A stretch of DNA of 64,000 nucleotides from Eledone cirrhosa (taxonomy: Eukaryota), in contig OZ024746.1 of the NCBI GenBank assembly GCA_964016885.1, forward strand, positions 86,552,001 through 86,616,000. Direction: 5' to 3'. The first letter of the stretch is position 1. Each line of letters starts with the position of its first letter. Positions 1 to 13,820 of this stretch are shown here, piece after piece. The notes beneath the pieces are model-generated. The model saw only the letters and a program-made list of their open reading frames with translations. It had not been told where the DNA came from and did not search any database. A program made the position numbers and the translations under genes.

Positions 1-5
1 CTGCA

Positions 6-67
6 TTTTATCTGATGAAAGCGCACCATAATTTGCCTTGGTGGCCCTTGAAATATGTATAATAAAA
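6..67 (+). ncRNA. Type I hammerhead ribozyme motif (Penelope-like pLTR family A)
   Basis: TTTTAT-CTGATGA-[AAG..CACC..GGTG..CTT]-GAA-ATA(TG)TAT-A-ATAAAA: stems I, II and III all pair; followed by an AT-rich tail and (TA)n. Confidence 0.75.
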
Positions 68-103
68 TAAATATGGTTTTATAAATATAGTTTCCATTTA
101 TTA

Positions 104-145
<42 letters not shown>

Positions 146-1428
146 TTAATATAGAAATGGCTTCTACAGGACTAGAACTGTTTCATTCAAAAGAAATCTT
201 TCTTTCTCTTTATATATAGAGAGAAAGTATTTATAAGCTATTCCCGGAGAGGTGTATCTTAAGTAGGGCAGCCTCCTATTATAATGATGCTTTAGATAGA
301 AGTGGTTTCAATGAAAAATAACGTTTATATCGTTAGGATACCCATCATGAAGCAGTGTAAAACTAGGAAGAGGATCCCATTCTGGTTTAATCGTTTAAAT
401 CATGAAATTTCCGAAGAAGCCGGAACAAAGCCACGGTTTTCCTTGATTATAAATAATCACCAAAGTCTAAATAACTATTTACAAATAACCCAAGTCCTCC
501 GATTCCCAGATTGATTCATGGACACCATAGCCTTTCAAATCAAACGCTACAACGGAAAGCACTTCGCAACAACTATCCTAATAAATGCCCCCCCCCCATA
601 CACACATACATACATTCACACACGTACACACACACACACACCCACACAAATACACGCACATACAAGACTCACACACAGACACACGTATACATTCGTAGAC
701 ATACACATAAACACACGCACATACATGCATACACGCACACACACACACACACACACATGCATTCACATACACATACATTTAACCCCCCCCCCACACACAC
801 ACATTCACACAGACGCATACATACATATACAGAAACACACACACGCGTAACCCTCCCCCACACACACATACATACATACACAGAAACACGCACGCACACA
901 CACATACACACATTCACCCCCCCACACACTTTATCTCTCTCTCTCTCTCCCTCTCTCTCTCTCCCTCTCTCTCACACACACACAGACATATACGTATAAA
1001 TTGGTTTTTACAGTAGGAAAATATGATATGATTTAATAGAAGACCTTTTTGTGATTGATTTTGGTTTTCTATGACGAGTAATGTCTGTGTTCTGTAATTT
1101 GATGTCGTATTATGAGGTATGTCGTGTGATTCTTATAGTTTAGTTTATATTTCAAGTGATGTTTTATTGGTAAAATGAAGAATTAGTGGAGAGATTAATC
1201 TATAGTGGTTTTTGATTTTCCAGGGAGATGTTGTTTATTATGTGAATTAGTGTTGTATGTATACACACATACATACATATTGTCACGCTAAATATAAATT
1301 ATAGCTTTAAAGAATTAGCTTTTAATGAATTCCCTTTTCTTTCAACCAATGACCTCCACCCATCCCACTCCCCACCCTCTCCTACCACCAGAAATGATAT
1401 AAATACCACCATATCTACTTGGACAGCT

Positions 1429-1479
1429 AGATTCCTGATGATTTCTCAAGAATGAAACAGTTCTAGTCCTGTAGAATCT
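1429..1479 (+). ncRNA. Type I hammerhead ribozyme motif (family C)
   Basis: AGATTC-CTGATGA-TTTC(tcaa)GAAT-GAA-ACAG(ttctagtc)CTGT-A-GAATCT; related minus-strand copies at ~160-200, 40118-40162 and 60111-60156. Confidence 0.75.
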
Positions 1480-1494
1480 CGTCTATATATATAT

Positions 1495-1701
1495 AGATGT
1501 GAGAAAAACCACAGACCCTCCATCTCAACCCACCTTTTGAAAAGCAGAAGAACTGCGAAACCGGTAAAGGAACCAAATAAATATATATATTTTAAAAAAA
1601 AATAAGACTTCAGTTGCATTTTCGATTTCATCTCTTTTTCTTTATACTTCCACTCGTGTAGGACACCTCGGTTATTTTTCATTTTGTAAAAAAAACCTCA
1701 C

Positions 1702-1708
<7 letters not shown>
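1495..1708 (+). mobile_element. ~214-nt non-autonomous element (family B) with a U3-A8 variant hammerhead at 1533-1570
   Basis: CCTT-TTGAAAA-GCAG(aagaa)CTGC-GAA-ACCGGT-A-AAGG; near-identical copies at 42.2-42.5 kb, 56.9-57.1 kb and 58.7-59.0 kb; flanked by (TA)n. Confidence 0.7.
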
Positions 1709-1734
<26 letters not shown>

Positions 1735-1820
1735 GTAATAATAATAAATTTGAAGACTAAATCCAAAGAGGGCTCGATAAGGATAAATATATATAAAATA
1801 TATAAGAACCCTAGAGCAAA

Positions 1821-2039
<219 letters not shown>

Positions 2040-2462
2040 ATTTACATATACACAAACTAGACAAAGTCACAGATATATATGTGTCTTGGCAACCATTCAC
2101 GATGTGGCTCAATGATGAATTAATAAATTAAATAATCAGAGCAATATTCTATAAAGTATGTCCATAGAATCATTTGATAATATATATACACCATTTCCTC
2201 TCCCAATTAGCATAATTAACCACACAAAAAATCAATTATAATAAGATTAAAAGCACCTATGAAGAAATAATAGATAAATAAACGACAGTAATCTCTTCGC
2301 GGCCAACCGCCATAGAATATTTACCAAACATTTCAACAACACGTGGAAATCGATTAAATATACCGTCAACCATACACAATTAGGTATAAAGTTAAAGTTA
2401 GAAGGAATGCATATACACATAGCAGGATTACGTTTCAAATGATTCTATGGACATACTTTATA

Positions 2463-2565
<103 letters not shown>

Positions 2566-2589
2566 CATATATGTATATATATATATTGT

Positions 2590-2970
2590 TTACCTTGTTG
2601 TTGTGTTTATATTGTTGTGTTTATATTCATTTTTATGATGATTATTATCATTATAATTAATTTTATTTTGATGGATTTCAGTATTTTTATCTATATACTC
2701 AATGTTATTGTTATACCCAGCTTTATGTAGCGCTTCATTATAATATATAGCCTTACTATTAAATATAGATCTATTAGCAGAGAGCCTGGATATTCTTTGT
2801 TGTACACTGTTGACTATCGCATTCTTAACACTTTTAGGATGATTAGAATAAAAACTAACATAATTTAAGTTCTCATGAACTTTGTGAAAAGGGCAATAAA
2901 AGCCTGAGTTAAGATTTAGAGTCACATCCAAAAAATTAACTATTTTATTATTATTTTATATTTCTAATGT
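2590..2970 (-). pseudogene. Penelope-like element reverse transcriptase C-terminal (thumb) fragment
   Basis: FLDVTLNLNSGFYCPFHK...YVSFYSNHPKSVKNAIVNSVQQRISRLS matches the PLE RT motif FLD...SNHP...RLS. Confidence 0.8.
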
Positions 2971-3723
2971 CGGGGCAACATACTATTTATTGTAGAAAAA
3001 CATAACAATAGTGAATTAAATAGAGTACAGAAAGCAATTACAGAATTTTTTAAAAATTACGACCTGAAATTAAAAATAGAAAATAATAATAAAGTAGTTA
3101 ATTTTTTGGATGTGACTTTGAATTTTAACTCAGGCCTTTATTACCCTTTCCACAAAGTTAATGAGAACTTAAATTATGTTAGTTTTTATTCTAATCATCC
3201 TAAAAGTGTTAAGAATGCGATAGTCAACAGTGTACAACAAAGAATATCCATTCATTAAGTGAAATAAAGTTTATGGAGAGTAAATATAACCACAGTTAGA
3301 TTTAAAAAAAAAAATTAAAATTAAAAAATAACGAAGTTTCACATCTTCCCTTTCAACTCCCTTTCTATATTTCTACCTTGCTTTACGTCCTCTTCTTCTC
3401 TAAGTTTGTCATATTATTTGTGGTATAAAAATGTTGAGTGTTGGTGAAATAAATTACTACCCCTACAGGAATTGAATAATCAAAACCCTAGCGGTATATC
3501 GCATATCTAATCTCTCATATATTTTATCTGATGAAAACGTACTGAAACACCATTGTACCTTTGAAATATGTATAATAAAATATATATTTTGGTTATGAGA
3601 ATATTTTTCATTTATTAATATTTTGAATAATATTAAATACTCCAGATAAATACTTGTCGAGTGCTTCTAATCTATTGTAAAATTGTATTCGTTAAATAAT
3701 CAACAAACCATGTAAAATTTTGG

Positions 3724-3727
<4 letters not shown>
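2971..3727 (+). mobile_element. Penelope-like element: RT fragment plus 3' pLTR with a hammerhead at 3522-3580
   Basis: Inverted second copy of the same RT segment (KIENNNKVVNFLDVTLNFNSG...SNHP), then TTTTAT-CTGATGA..GTAC..GTAC..GAAATATGTAT-A-ATAAAA and a tail ending in (TA)n. Confidence 0.75.
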
Positions 3728-3763
<36 letters not shown>

Positions 3764-3888
3764 GTTAAGCCTCTCTTCTTGGTATTTCAAGCGTTAAACT
3801 TCCATGGACTGTGCCGTTTCTGTTATTGTTTTTGTTATTTCTTTTTACATTTTTCATACATACATACATACATACATACATACATAAT

Positions 3889-3937
<49 letters not shown>

Positions 3938-4552
3938 AGTGCACAGTCTTTCCTCACTTTAAAAAATATCTTCACGCACAGGCATTGCACGATAGAATTA
4001 ATTAATAATTATTAATAATGGTATATCGTGCAATGGCCATACTGGATGACGAGGGGGCAGCCATCATATAAATGTGTATATATGTATATATATATATATA
4101 TATATAATTTAATTTATCTTAATTTTGGATATAGATATATAAATACGGCTCCTTAATTGTAGAGCTAACCCTGTTGAAAGAAATCGACTGCTGTTTCTAG
4201 TTGTCGAATTCACGCAACTGAGACGAAGCCGCTGTGGTGTGTAAACACAACACGCGGTAGCGGCCAGTTGAAGTTTTGAACTCGCTGTGTAAGCATCGAT
4301 TGCTGACATTTTTCTTCCTTGTTGATAATCCAAACATATCCACTTCCGTGACTTACCATCTGATTAATTGGTGAAATATATTTCTTTAATGGAATATATA
4401 CAGGGAAGATTAATCATATTAAAAGGTATCTATTTTTGAAGTTCTAGTCAACTTTATTTATTTGTTACCTACCTAGCTATGCGTGGTTACATGCTTGTAA
4501 AAAATATCTCCTGTGATTATTCATGTTTATATATATGTTAATCAATTTCTAG

Positions 4553-4639
<87 letters not shown>

Positions 4640-4664
4640 AGTGTGTGTATGTATATGCGCGGGG

Positions 4665-5010
4665 ACATAGAAATAATCGGGCTGGATACCCGATCGCGCG
4701 GTTAAACCACTGGGAGTGAAGGATCCCTAGCCTTTGTCAGGGCATTCTTCTAGGAGAAGGCAACTCAGGAAACTGGGATAACTCCGATATAAAGCCTGCG
4801 GCTCAGTAGTTACCGATGATGTTGATCTTTTCTTCTTTTCAGGTTATAGCTACTGTCGCTCAGAGAATGGGATTGGTTCAGTGCACAGTATTTCCTCACT
4901 TTAAAAAATATCTTCACGCACAGGCATTGCACAATAGAATTAATTAATAATTATCAATTATGGTATATCGTGCAATGGCCATACTCGATAACGAGAGGGC
5001 AGCCATCATG
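4665..5010 (+). mobile_element. RTE-related non-autonomous SINE-like element ending in (TATG)n
   Basis: Copies at 3938-4066 and 31170-31415; shares the GGGATTGG..AGTGCAC..CACGCACAGGCATTGC domain and the GGCCATACTCG..ACGAG..GGCAGCCA tail with 30625-30926. Confidence 0.7.
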
Positions 5011-5094
5011 TATGTATGTATGTATGTATGTATGTATGTATGTATGTATGTATGTATGTATGTATGTATGTATGTGTGTGTGTGTATATATATA

Positions 5095-5136
<42 letters not shown>

Positions 5137-5559
5137 TGTGTGTGTGCACGTGGGTGTGTGTATATAATCACCAAAAACATAATAACATACACACACATAC
5201 AAATACTCATGCATATATACATATGTTCAGCATGTAGGAACATGCATACATATTATATATAGCATGTGTGATCCATGCATGAAGACTCGTGGGGAGATAA
5301 GCCAGGTTTATCTATTTTCTTTATCGTACAAACGCCCTTGAGCTACATATCCTGAATACTATTACTTCTGATACATACAGAAACATTAGTAAACTTGATC
5401 ATGTAGTTTGTTTACATCAAGTTATCCATATTTAAATCAATGGTCTAGATTTGAGAACCAGACTGGCTTATGTTACACATTCTATATGCATCGACCTTCG
5501 CATAAATCCTTCCGTCCATCCTTCCACACATACATACACACTCCTCACATATATATTTA

Positions 5560-5677
<118 letters not shown>

Positions 5678-6029
5678 CTTACACATCCCGGCGTTGCACG
5701 GGATAAGGTATTTTGGAATGCGGGTCGCCAACAGACCTAATCGTGGAAAAACTGCATGCCTCGACAATATGTAAAGAAAATAAACCGAATACTCTGATGG
5801 CTGGATAATCTTTAAGATTTTCCTCGATGAAGCAGGAAAAATGCAGGTTTTCACCTAACGCGGGCCCTAGGGCATCAAGAAAATGAATTTTTTTTTATGT
5901 GCATAATATGCCTTGAAATTTCCGGAAAATCTGCTAGACGTAACGCCTAAAATAGGCCCTAAAAAAGCTGAAAAAATGAAGATTTTCACCTAATGCGGGC
6001 CCTAGGCCATAAAAAAGTTGTCTATATGC

Positions 6030-6270
6030 TTCAGCTTGTACCCATGGGAGGTCGAGTACTCTGTATTACTGCGTGACGCCAGAGGTAACGGTCGTGTGTC
6101 ATCGCTTTTGAGAGGTGTAATTGGGTAAGGTCGGCTTTTATCACCTCATCCCAGGTCTTTATACCTCTATAGTTTCCTCTATCTAGTGCATCACCTTTTC
6201 CTTTGTAACACTTGACAATGATGCTACTGCACCAATCTTTTGTTATGACACCTTCTAGTATTACCTGGTT
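6030..6270 (-). pseudogene. Internally deleted RTE-clade LINE fragment
   Basis: DWCSSIIVKCYKGKGDALDRGNYRGI (RT N-terminal motif) fused to KTWDEVIKADL (C-terminus). Confidence 0.75.
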
Positions 6271-6509
6271 ATATATATATATATATATATATATACATAC
6301 ACACATATATGTATATATATATCATTATGAATATAAATGTTAAGTTTGCCTTTCATCCTTGCGGGGTCGATAAAATAAAGTACCAGTAATGTACTGGGTA
6401 ATTGCTGGCTTTGTGCCAAAAGTGGAAACAATTATGAATATAAACGTTAGAGTTTTTTTTTTTTTGGAAAATACTTTGAATTGTAGCACATCTTATATAT
6501 GACTTCTTA

Positions 6510-7950
6510 CTCATTGCAGGTAAGTTCAACTGGCATGAGGGACAACTCTGTGAGAGCTTTCATGGGATCCATGGGGGTTACGGGTACGGCCCTAGAAACG
6601 AGGAAGGCTTCAGTCTACTGAAATTCTGCGACGTAAATGACCTATTTATCTGTAACATGAAGTTCAGAAAAGGAGACAGCCACCTAATAACATATAGATC
6701 AGGTGACCACGCCAGCCAAATTGGATTACATTGTTACTAGAAGACGACATGGAATGACCGTTAGGAACACAAAGTCCCTCCCCAGTGAAGAATGCACCTC
6801 CCAACATAACTTAGTAGTTAGCGACCTTATAGTCAGGGCTAGAAGAACCTGACAACAGAAGCCAACCTGGGGGAGACGAGTATGGAAGTTAAAAGACCCA
6901 GTAAGGTCAGAATTAACAATGAATATAGCGAAGAACTTAGCGTGTAGTTTGGTGTGAATCAGTACACGGTTCTTAGCCCTCTCCTATTTATTATCATTCT
7001 GCAGGCAATAACGGAGGAGTTTAAGACCAGCTGCCCATGGGAATTCCTATATAGCTGAACAAGAGATGAAATTCCAAACCTGGAAGCAAGGCCTTGAATT
7101 TAAAGGTCTTAAAGTCAACCTGGCAAAGACTAAAGTCCTAGTAAGTAGAAGGGAAAATAGGGCCCAGTCTTCCTCTGGGAAATGGCCCTGCTCAGTGTGC
7201 AGAAAAGGAGTAGGTTGAAATTCCATTCTATGTTCCAAATGCAAGCAATGGGTACACAAGAGATATAGTGGAATCTCAGGCAGGCTAACAAAGAATGTAG
7301 GTTTTAATTGTGGTCAGTGCACAGTAAGTAGCAAGAACCCTCAGGATACAATCACCTTCAAATGCTCAGAGGGCTCGGTAGAAGTGGTAGATAGTTTATG
7401 TTACCTGGGTGACCAAATCTGTAGTGGGGGAAGGTGTCCTGAAAGTAAAGTAACCAGAGTGAGATCAGGTTGGAAAAAGTTCAGGGAGCTACTACTGTTA
7501 CTAACTACAAAAGGTTTTTCCATCAAAACAAAAGGCAGACTGTATGATGCATGTATATGAACAGCAATGTTGCACAGCAGTCAGACCCGGGCACTGGCTG
7601 CTGAGGATCTGCAAAGACTGGAAATAAATAAAGCCTCTATGCTTCGATGGATGTGCAATAGCAATACGTGAACAGCAATATATAAATGTACTGCGTGAGA
7701 AATTAGCCATAAGCGGGATCAGTTGTTGCGTGCAGGAGAGGAGATTGGTATGGACATGTGATGCATATGAAGGATGACAACTATAAAAAAGTGTAGAATG
7801 CTCAAAGTTAGCCATGGAGTGGGTAGGCCTAGGAAGACTTGGGATGAAGTAATAAAAGCTGACATTGCACAATTACACCTCATCAAAGCAATGACACAGG
7901 TCCTCGACCTCTGGCACTATGCAGTACTACAGAAAAACCTGCCCTACCAT
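6510..7950 (+). pseudogene. Decayed RTE-clade LINE (APE, RT, PHD-like finger, C-terminus)
   Basis: HGGYGYGPRNEEG..LLKFCDVNDLFICN (APE end); VLSPLLFIIIL..EEFKTSCPWEFLY (RT); GRPRKTWDEVIK; many stops and frameshifts. Confidence 0.85.
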
Positions 7951-8464
7951 ATGCTTGAGCTGAGGCATATCTCTAATAAGCAACACCTTCCTCTACCTTC
8001 TCTCCTCCCTTTGCGGTAGCTGTCTCTCCCGTATTACCTACATCCGCAATTTCTCCAAGCCCCCCCAGTTCCCATCTCACACCAGGTAGTGCGCCCCCCT
8101 CACCTTTCAAGACAAAAGCGCCAGTTCATGGTGTAATGTGGTCATGTCGATGACACAACAAAAAGCACCCAGCACACACTGTAAATGTGGTTGGTGTTAG
8201 GAAGGGCATCCAGCTGTAGAAACCAAGCCAAAATCAGCCCCAGGTGAGCTAAAAATGGTCCTTTGACTGACCTGATTCTCTCCCAAAGGGTCAACCATCC
8301 TGCCCATGCTAGCATAGAAAATGGACCTTAAACAATGGTGATGATAATCATGATAACATGTATATATATAATATATATACATATATATATAAGCAAAGAA
8401 TCGCTTAACGGGATCCCGATAAAGGGTGAAAGAAGCGATCCTTTGCTTAAACTTTAATCTGTTA

Positions 8465-8520
<56 letters not shown>

Positions 8521-8523
<3 letters not shown>

Positions 8524-8794
8524 CGAAGGAAATGTGGTAAGGAACCAAGTGGACTATAACGTACCAAAGTACTCAATACTTAGGGTAGTAGAGTGGGTAA
8601 TAGGAACAAATAAGACCCCGACGGCTGAGCTCAAGCCGTTTCGACGGCTAATTCAGTCCAGAATTAGCCGTCGAAACGGCTTGAGCTCAGCCGTCGGGGT
8701 CTTATTTGTTCCTATTACCCACTCTACTACCCTAAGTATTGAGTACTTTGGTACGTTATAGTCCACTTGGTTCCTTACCACATTTCCTTCGCTA
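8521..8794. repeat. Perfect 274-bp palindrome (134-bp arms, AGTCCA loop) of PLE-like family D inside (TA)n
   Basis: Arms read as exact reverse complements; family copies at 35290-35344, 39826-39990, 49156-49345, 59160-59325 and ~10562-10598. Confidence 0.95.
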
Positions 8795-8849
8795 TATATA
8801 TATATATATATATATACATATATATAAGAAATCTGAGGCCATATATATA

Positions 8850-9372
8850 TGGGGGAGGGTGTTCTGAAAGTACAGTAGCCAGAGTAAGAATGGAATAAAG
8901 AAAATTCAGGGAATTACTACCGTTGCTGGCTACAAAAAGTTTTCTTTCAAAATAAAGGGCAGATTGCACAAGGCATGCATACAAACAGCAGTGTTGCATG
9001 GCATCATGTGCAGAGTATCTGAGAAGATTGGAAAGAAATGAAGCCTGCATGCTCCAATGGATGTGTAATAGTAATATACATGAATGGCAAAGCGTAAATG
9101 AACTCAGAGAGAAATTGGGTATAAGAGGAATCAGATGCAGTGTGCAAGAGAGGGGATTGGTTGGTATAGCCATGTGATGTGTATGAAGCATGACAGCTAT
9201 ATAAAAAGGTCCAGGGTGATCAAAGTTGATGAAAGCTTTGGAGTAGGAAGACCGAGGAAGACTTGGGATGAGGTGATAAAAGCTGACATTGCACAATTGC
9301 ACTTCTAAAAGACAATAACACAGGAGGAAATCTTTGTATTTTGCAGTAATACAGAAGACCTGCCTTCCCATG
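8850..9372 (+). pseudogene. Second 3' fragment of the RTE LINE family at 6510-7950
   Basis: Homologous to 7430-7950 (KKFRELLPLLATK..., GVGRPRKTWDEVIKADI). Confidence 0.8.
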
Positions 9373-9517
9373 CACATGAATTAAAGCATACATACATCTA
9401 GTATGCACCTCTTAACCACTATCCTCTCTCTTCTTTCCATACACCTCCCATCCCTAACACTCCTCCCACATCTAATCACACCACCCTTCACCCATACATT
9501 TAAGCCCCCTGCCCCAG

Positions 9518-9910
9518 TCCACACTGTAAAGTGGTCATGTAGGTGTCCCAATAAAAAGTTCGCCACCCACACTGTAAAGTGGTCGTGCTGGTATCACAAT
9601 AAAAAGCATCCACCCCACGCAGTAAATTGTCGTGTAGGTGGCAAAAGCACCCAGCCCACACATTAAATTGATCATGTAGGTGTCACAACGAAAAACACGC
9701 AGCCAACACTGTAAATTGGTTGTGTAGGTGTCACAACAAAAAGCACCCAGCACACACTGTAAATGTGGTTGGTGTTAAGAAGGACATCCTGTCATAAAAA
9801 CCAAGCCTGAAACAGTTCTGTATGAGTAAGACACAGTCACCTGATCATACTTGCCTCCAATGGGACAACCCGTCTAACCCATGCTAGCAAGGAAAATAAA
9901 CATTAAACGA
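9518..9910 (+). repeat. ~50-bp tandem units followed by a SINE/RTE-associated GGTTGGTGTTAGGAAGGGCATCC-type segment
   Basis: About 5 repeats of CACTGTAAA-TGGT..GTAGGTGTC..AAAAAGCACC; single-unit homologue at 8130-8340. Confidence 0.65.
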
Positions 9911-9914
9911 TATA

Positions 9915-11540
<1,626 letters not shown>

Positions 11541-11667
11541 ACAAGCTTATTTTCCTTGGGATATATTCTTAGGTAAGAAACATAAAGCTAGAAGGTTTCA
11601 CCTATATATATATATAGAGGTCTCGATAAGGATAAATATATATCAAATATATAAGAACCGTAGAGCA

Positions 11668-11711
<44 letters not shown>

Positions 11712-11939
11712 TGAGGGAGATTTCGTTGCTACTATTACCATTGCCTAAGACACCAAAAAAAATTATTTGACTGGTGTTCTCAGTATTTTACAAAACTGGA
11801 TTGTGTGTGTGTGTGTATCGTAAAACAGAATTTAATTTTTCTTTGAAGAGATGGATAAAGTAAGCCGCCATCGAAGTTGACAAAATTGACAGACGATATT
11901 TACTGGTGAAGAAATAAACAGACACACATAAAATGTCGA

Positions 11940-13140
11940 ACTTTCTTTGTCGAACTTTCTTGACCACAGGTAATTCTCCAGCTTACCAAATAGACCGGAA
12001 GCCTTAGTCAATCGGTAGCTTACCCCTTTATCAAGTGTGTTGGTTCGGGGGAGAGTATTGCCCAGGTAGACGAACTGATCCACAACCTTCAATATTTTCG
12101 CTTTGACAGATATGGATGATGAAATATATAGATTTAAGGGTGCATGCTGGGGCATCACCATTGTCCTTTTCAGGCTGATTGTCAGCCTAACTACATCACA
12201 AGCTGTCGAGAAGCAATCTATCAGAATTTGAAGGTCTTCTTCTGTGCGACTAACAAGATCACAGTCGTCTGCATAAAGAATCATGTATGAGTGCAATATA
12301 TGTTTTTCATGCAAGGAATCATTGGATGTTAAATAACTTTCCTGTTTCATAACGTAAATATATGCCAACATTGGTGTTGGTGAATGCTGTTAACAAAACA
12401 AATGCAAAGATGTCAAACAAAGTCGGAGCGAGCAAGTCACCCTGATTTCCGCCTGTCTCAACTGACGAGGCTTATATGGAATGTGTTTTATCGAGTCACC
12501 ATGAATCTTTTGTTGTTCGGAGTTCACGCGGCACTCGGGCTTTACATTCTTTGAAAACATTCTCCCGCAGAGATTTTTCTGCAACTTCCTTTGATCACGA
12601 AAAGAACTTATCCAGTCATGTTTTCTTATCTCATAGGAGGCTGGATCATTTACAGTAAACCGGTTCTGATATGTTTTTCTCTGCGAAACCCAAAATCGTG
12701 GCTGCTGCCTCATAAAGCTGTTTGCTGAAAGACAGACATGCATCATCACTGTTGGTGACTTCAATTTACTGAACTGCTTCTTGAAAGTTCTTTCGTTTTT
12801 CTGGGCAGACATTTATACATCTCTGCACCATTATACTACTATGTTTCATTTTCTTTCGATAACAAACACGGAGTGTTGCTCTTAGGAGACGGTGGTTCGT
12901 CCAGCACTCTGCCCATCCCATAAAACAAATCGTTATTTCTTACAATCACAGAGCCAATAATATGCCAATGACGTGAATGTGGGTGCATCCAGGTCCCACT
13001 GTCTGAATCATGTGTTTCATATGACAAGATCGAATTCCTGTCACACCTGCAACACTAGAAGTCCATTGCTATTACACTTTCCCATTACATGACGACCTAT
13101 GCTGCTCTATGTAGTAGAATTATGAGAATTCGAATCACTC
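11940..13140 (-). pseudogene. Decayed RTE/BovB-like LINE (APE end plus RT)
   Basis: TWMHPHSRHWHII; [32 protein letters not shown]; [12 protein letters not shown]. Confidence 0.85.
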
Positions 13141-13224
13141 TTCACGAGAACTTTGTCATCCCAATTTACATTTTTCAAGACTATTCACAGATTCACGTAA
13201 AATGTATCTGCCTTTTAGATATAT

Positions 13225-13820
13225 ATATTTATTTATTAGCCACAAGGGTGAACAAGAAAAGGGGACAAAACAAAGACATGCCGGGGATTTTACATACAAT
13301 CGTATAAAAATATGAAACAAACAATTATAACAATCGAAATCCCCAATAGTGGGGAGGCGCCACAAATGGGTTGTTTAATACCCCGTCGATAGAAATACCC
13401 TCAACTCCAGGAGCGTGTTATGCAAGTGCTCCTTTCTTCCTTTTGCTCTCTTCTTCAGCCTACAGGTTTATATACAGAGAAGACCCAATCACTCGGGCCA
13501 TTTTTGCCACATTCACCCACCTTCCAGTAAATTTACTGGGGTGCAGTGCCTCTCTCTCCACTCTGATTCTCCTTCTAAAGTGGTATCTAAAGAAGGGAAT
13601 GAGTTGTTGTCCGGAGAGAAAGGCATCTGTCCTCAGTCCTCTCAATCTCGTCCACCATATAATCTCTTTCACCATAGCCACTATACAGAGGAAAACCGCC
13701 TCTCTTTCGTTTTTGAAAGAAGGTTTGATCCTTACTATGGACTCGGCAGTAAACTGGATTTGTCTCATAATCGACAGCAGTTGTTCCCCGTAGATAGTTA
13801 GATTGTCTACACGCATTGGT
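13225..13820 (-). pseudogene. Tx1/L1-like LINE 3' end
   Basis: ORF 13460-13816 (AMVKEIIWWTRLRGL..FFRYHFRRRIRVER..RWV) followed by a 3' UTR ending CCTTGTGGCTAATAAA; copies at 52720-53037 and related 44900-45190. Confidence 0.6.

Noticed and set aside
8534-8761. 75-aa ORF spanning the palindrome
   Set aside because: It is a by-product of the inverted repeat, with no coding signature.
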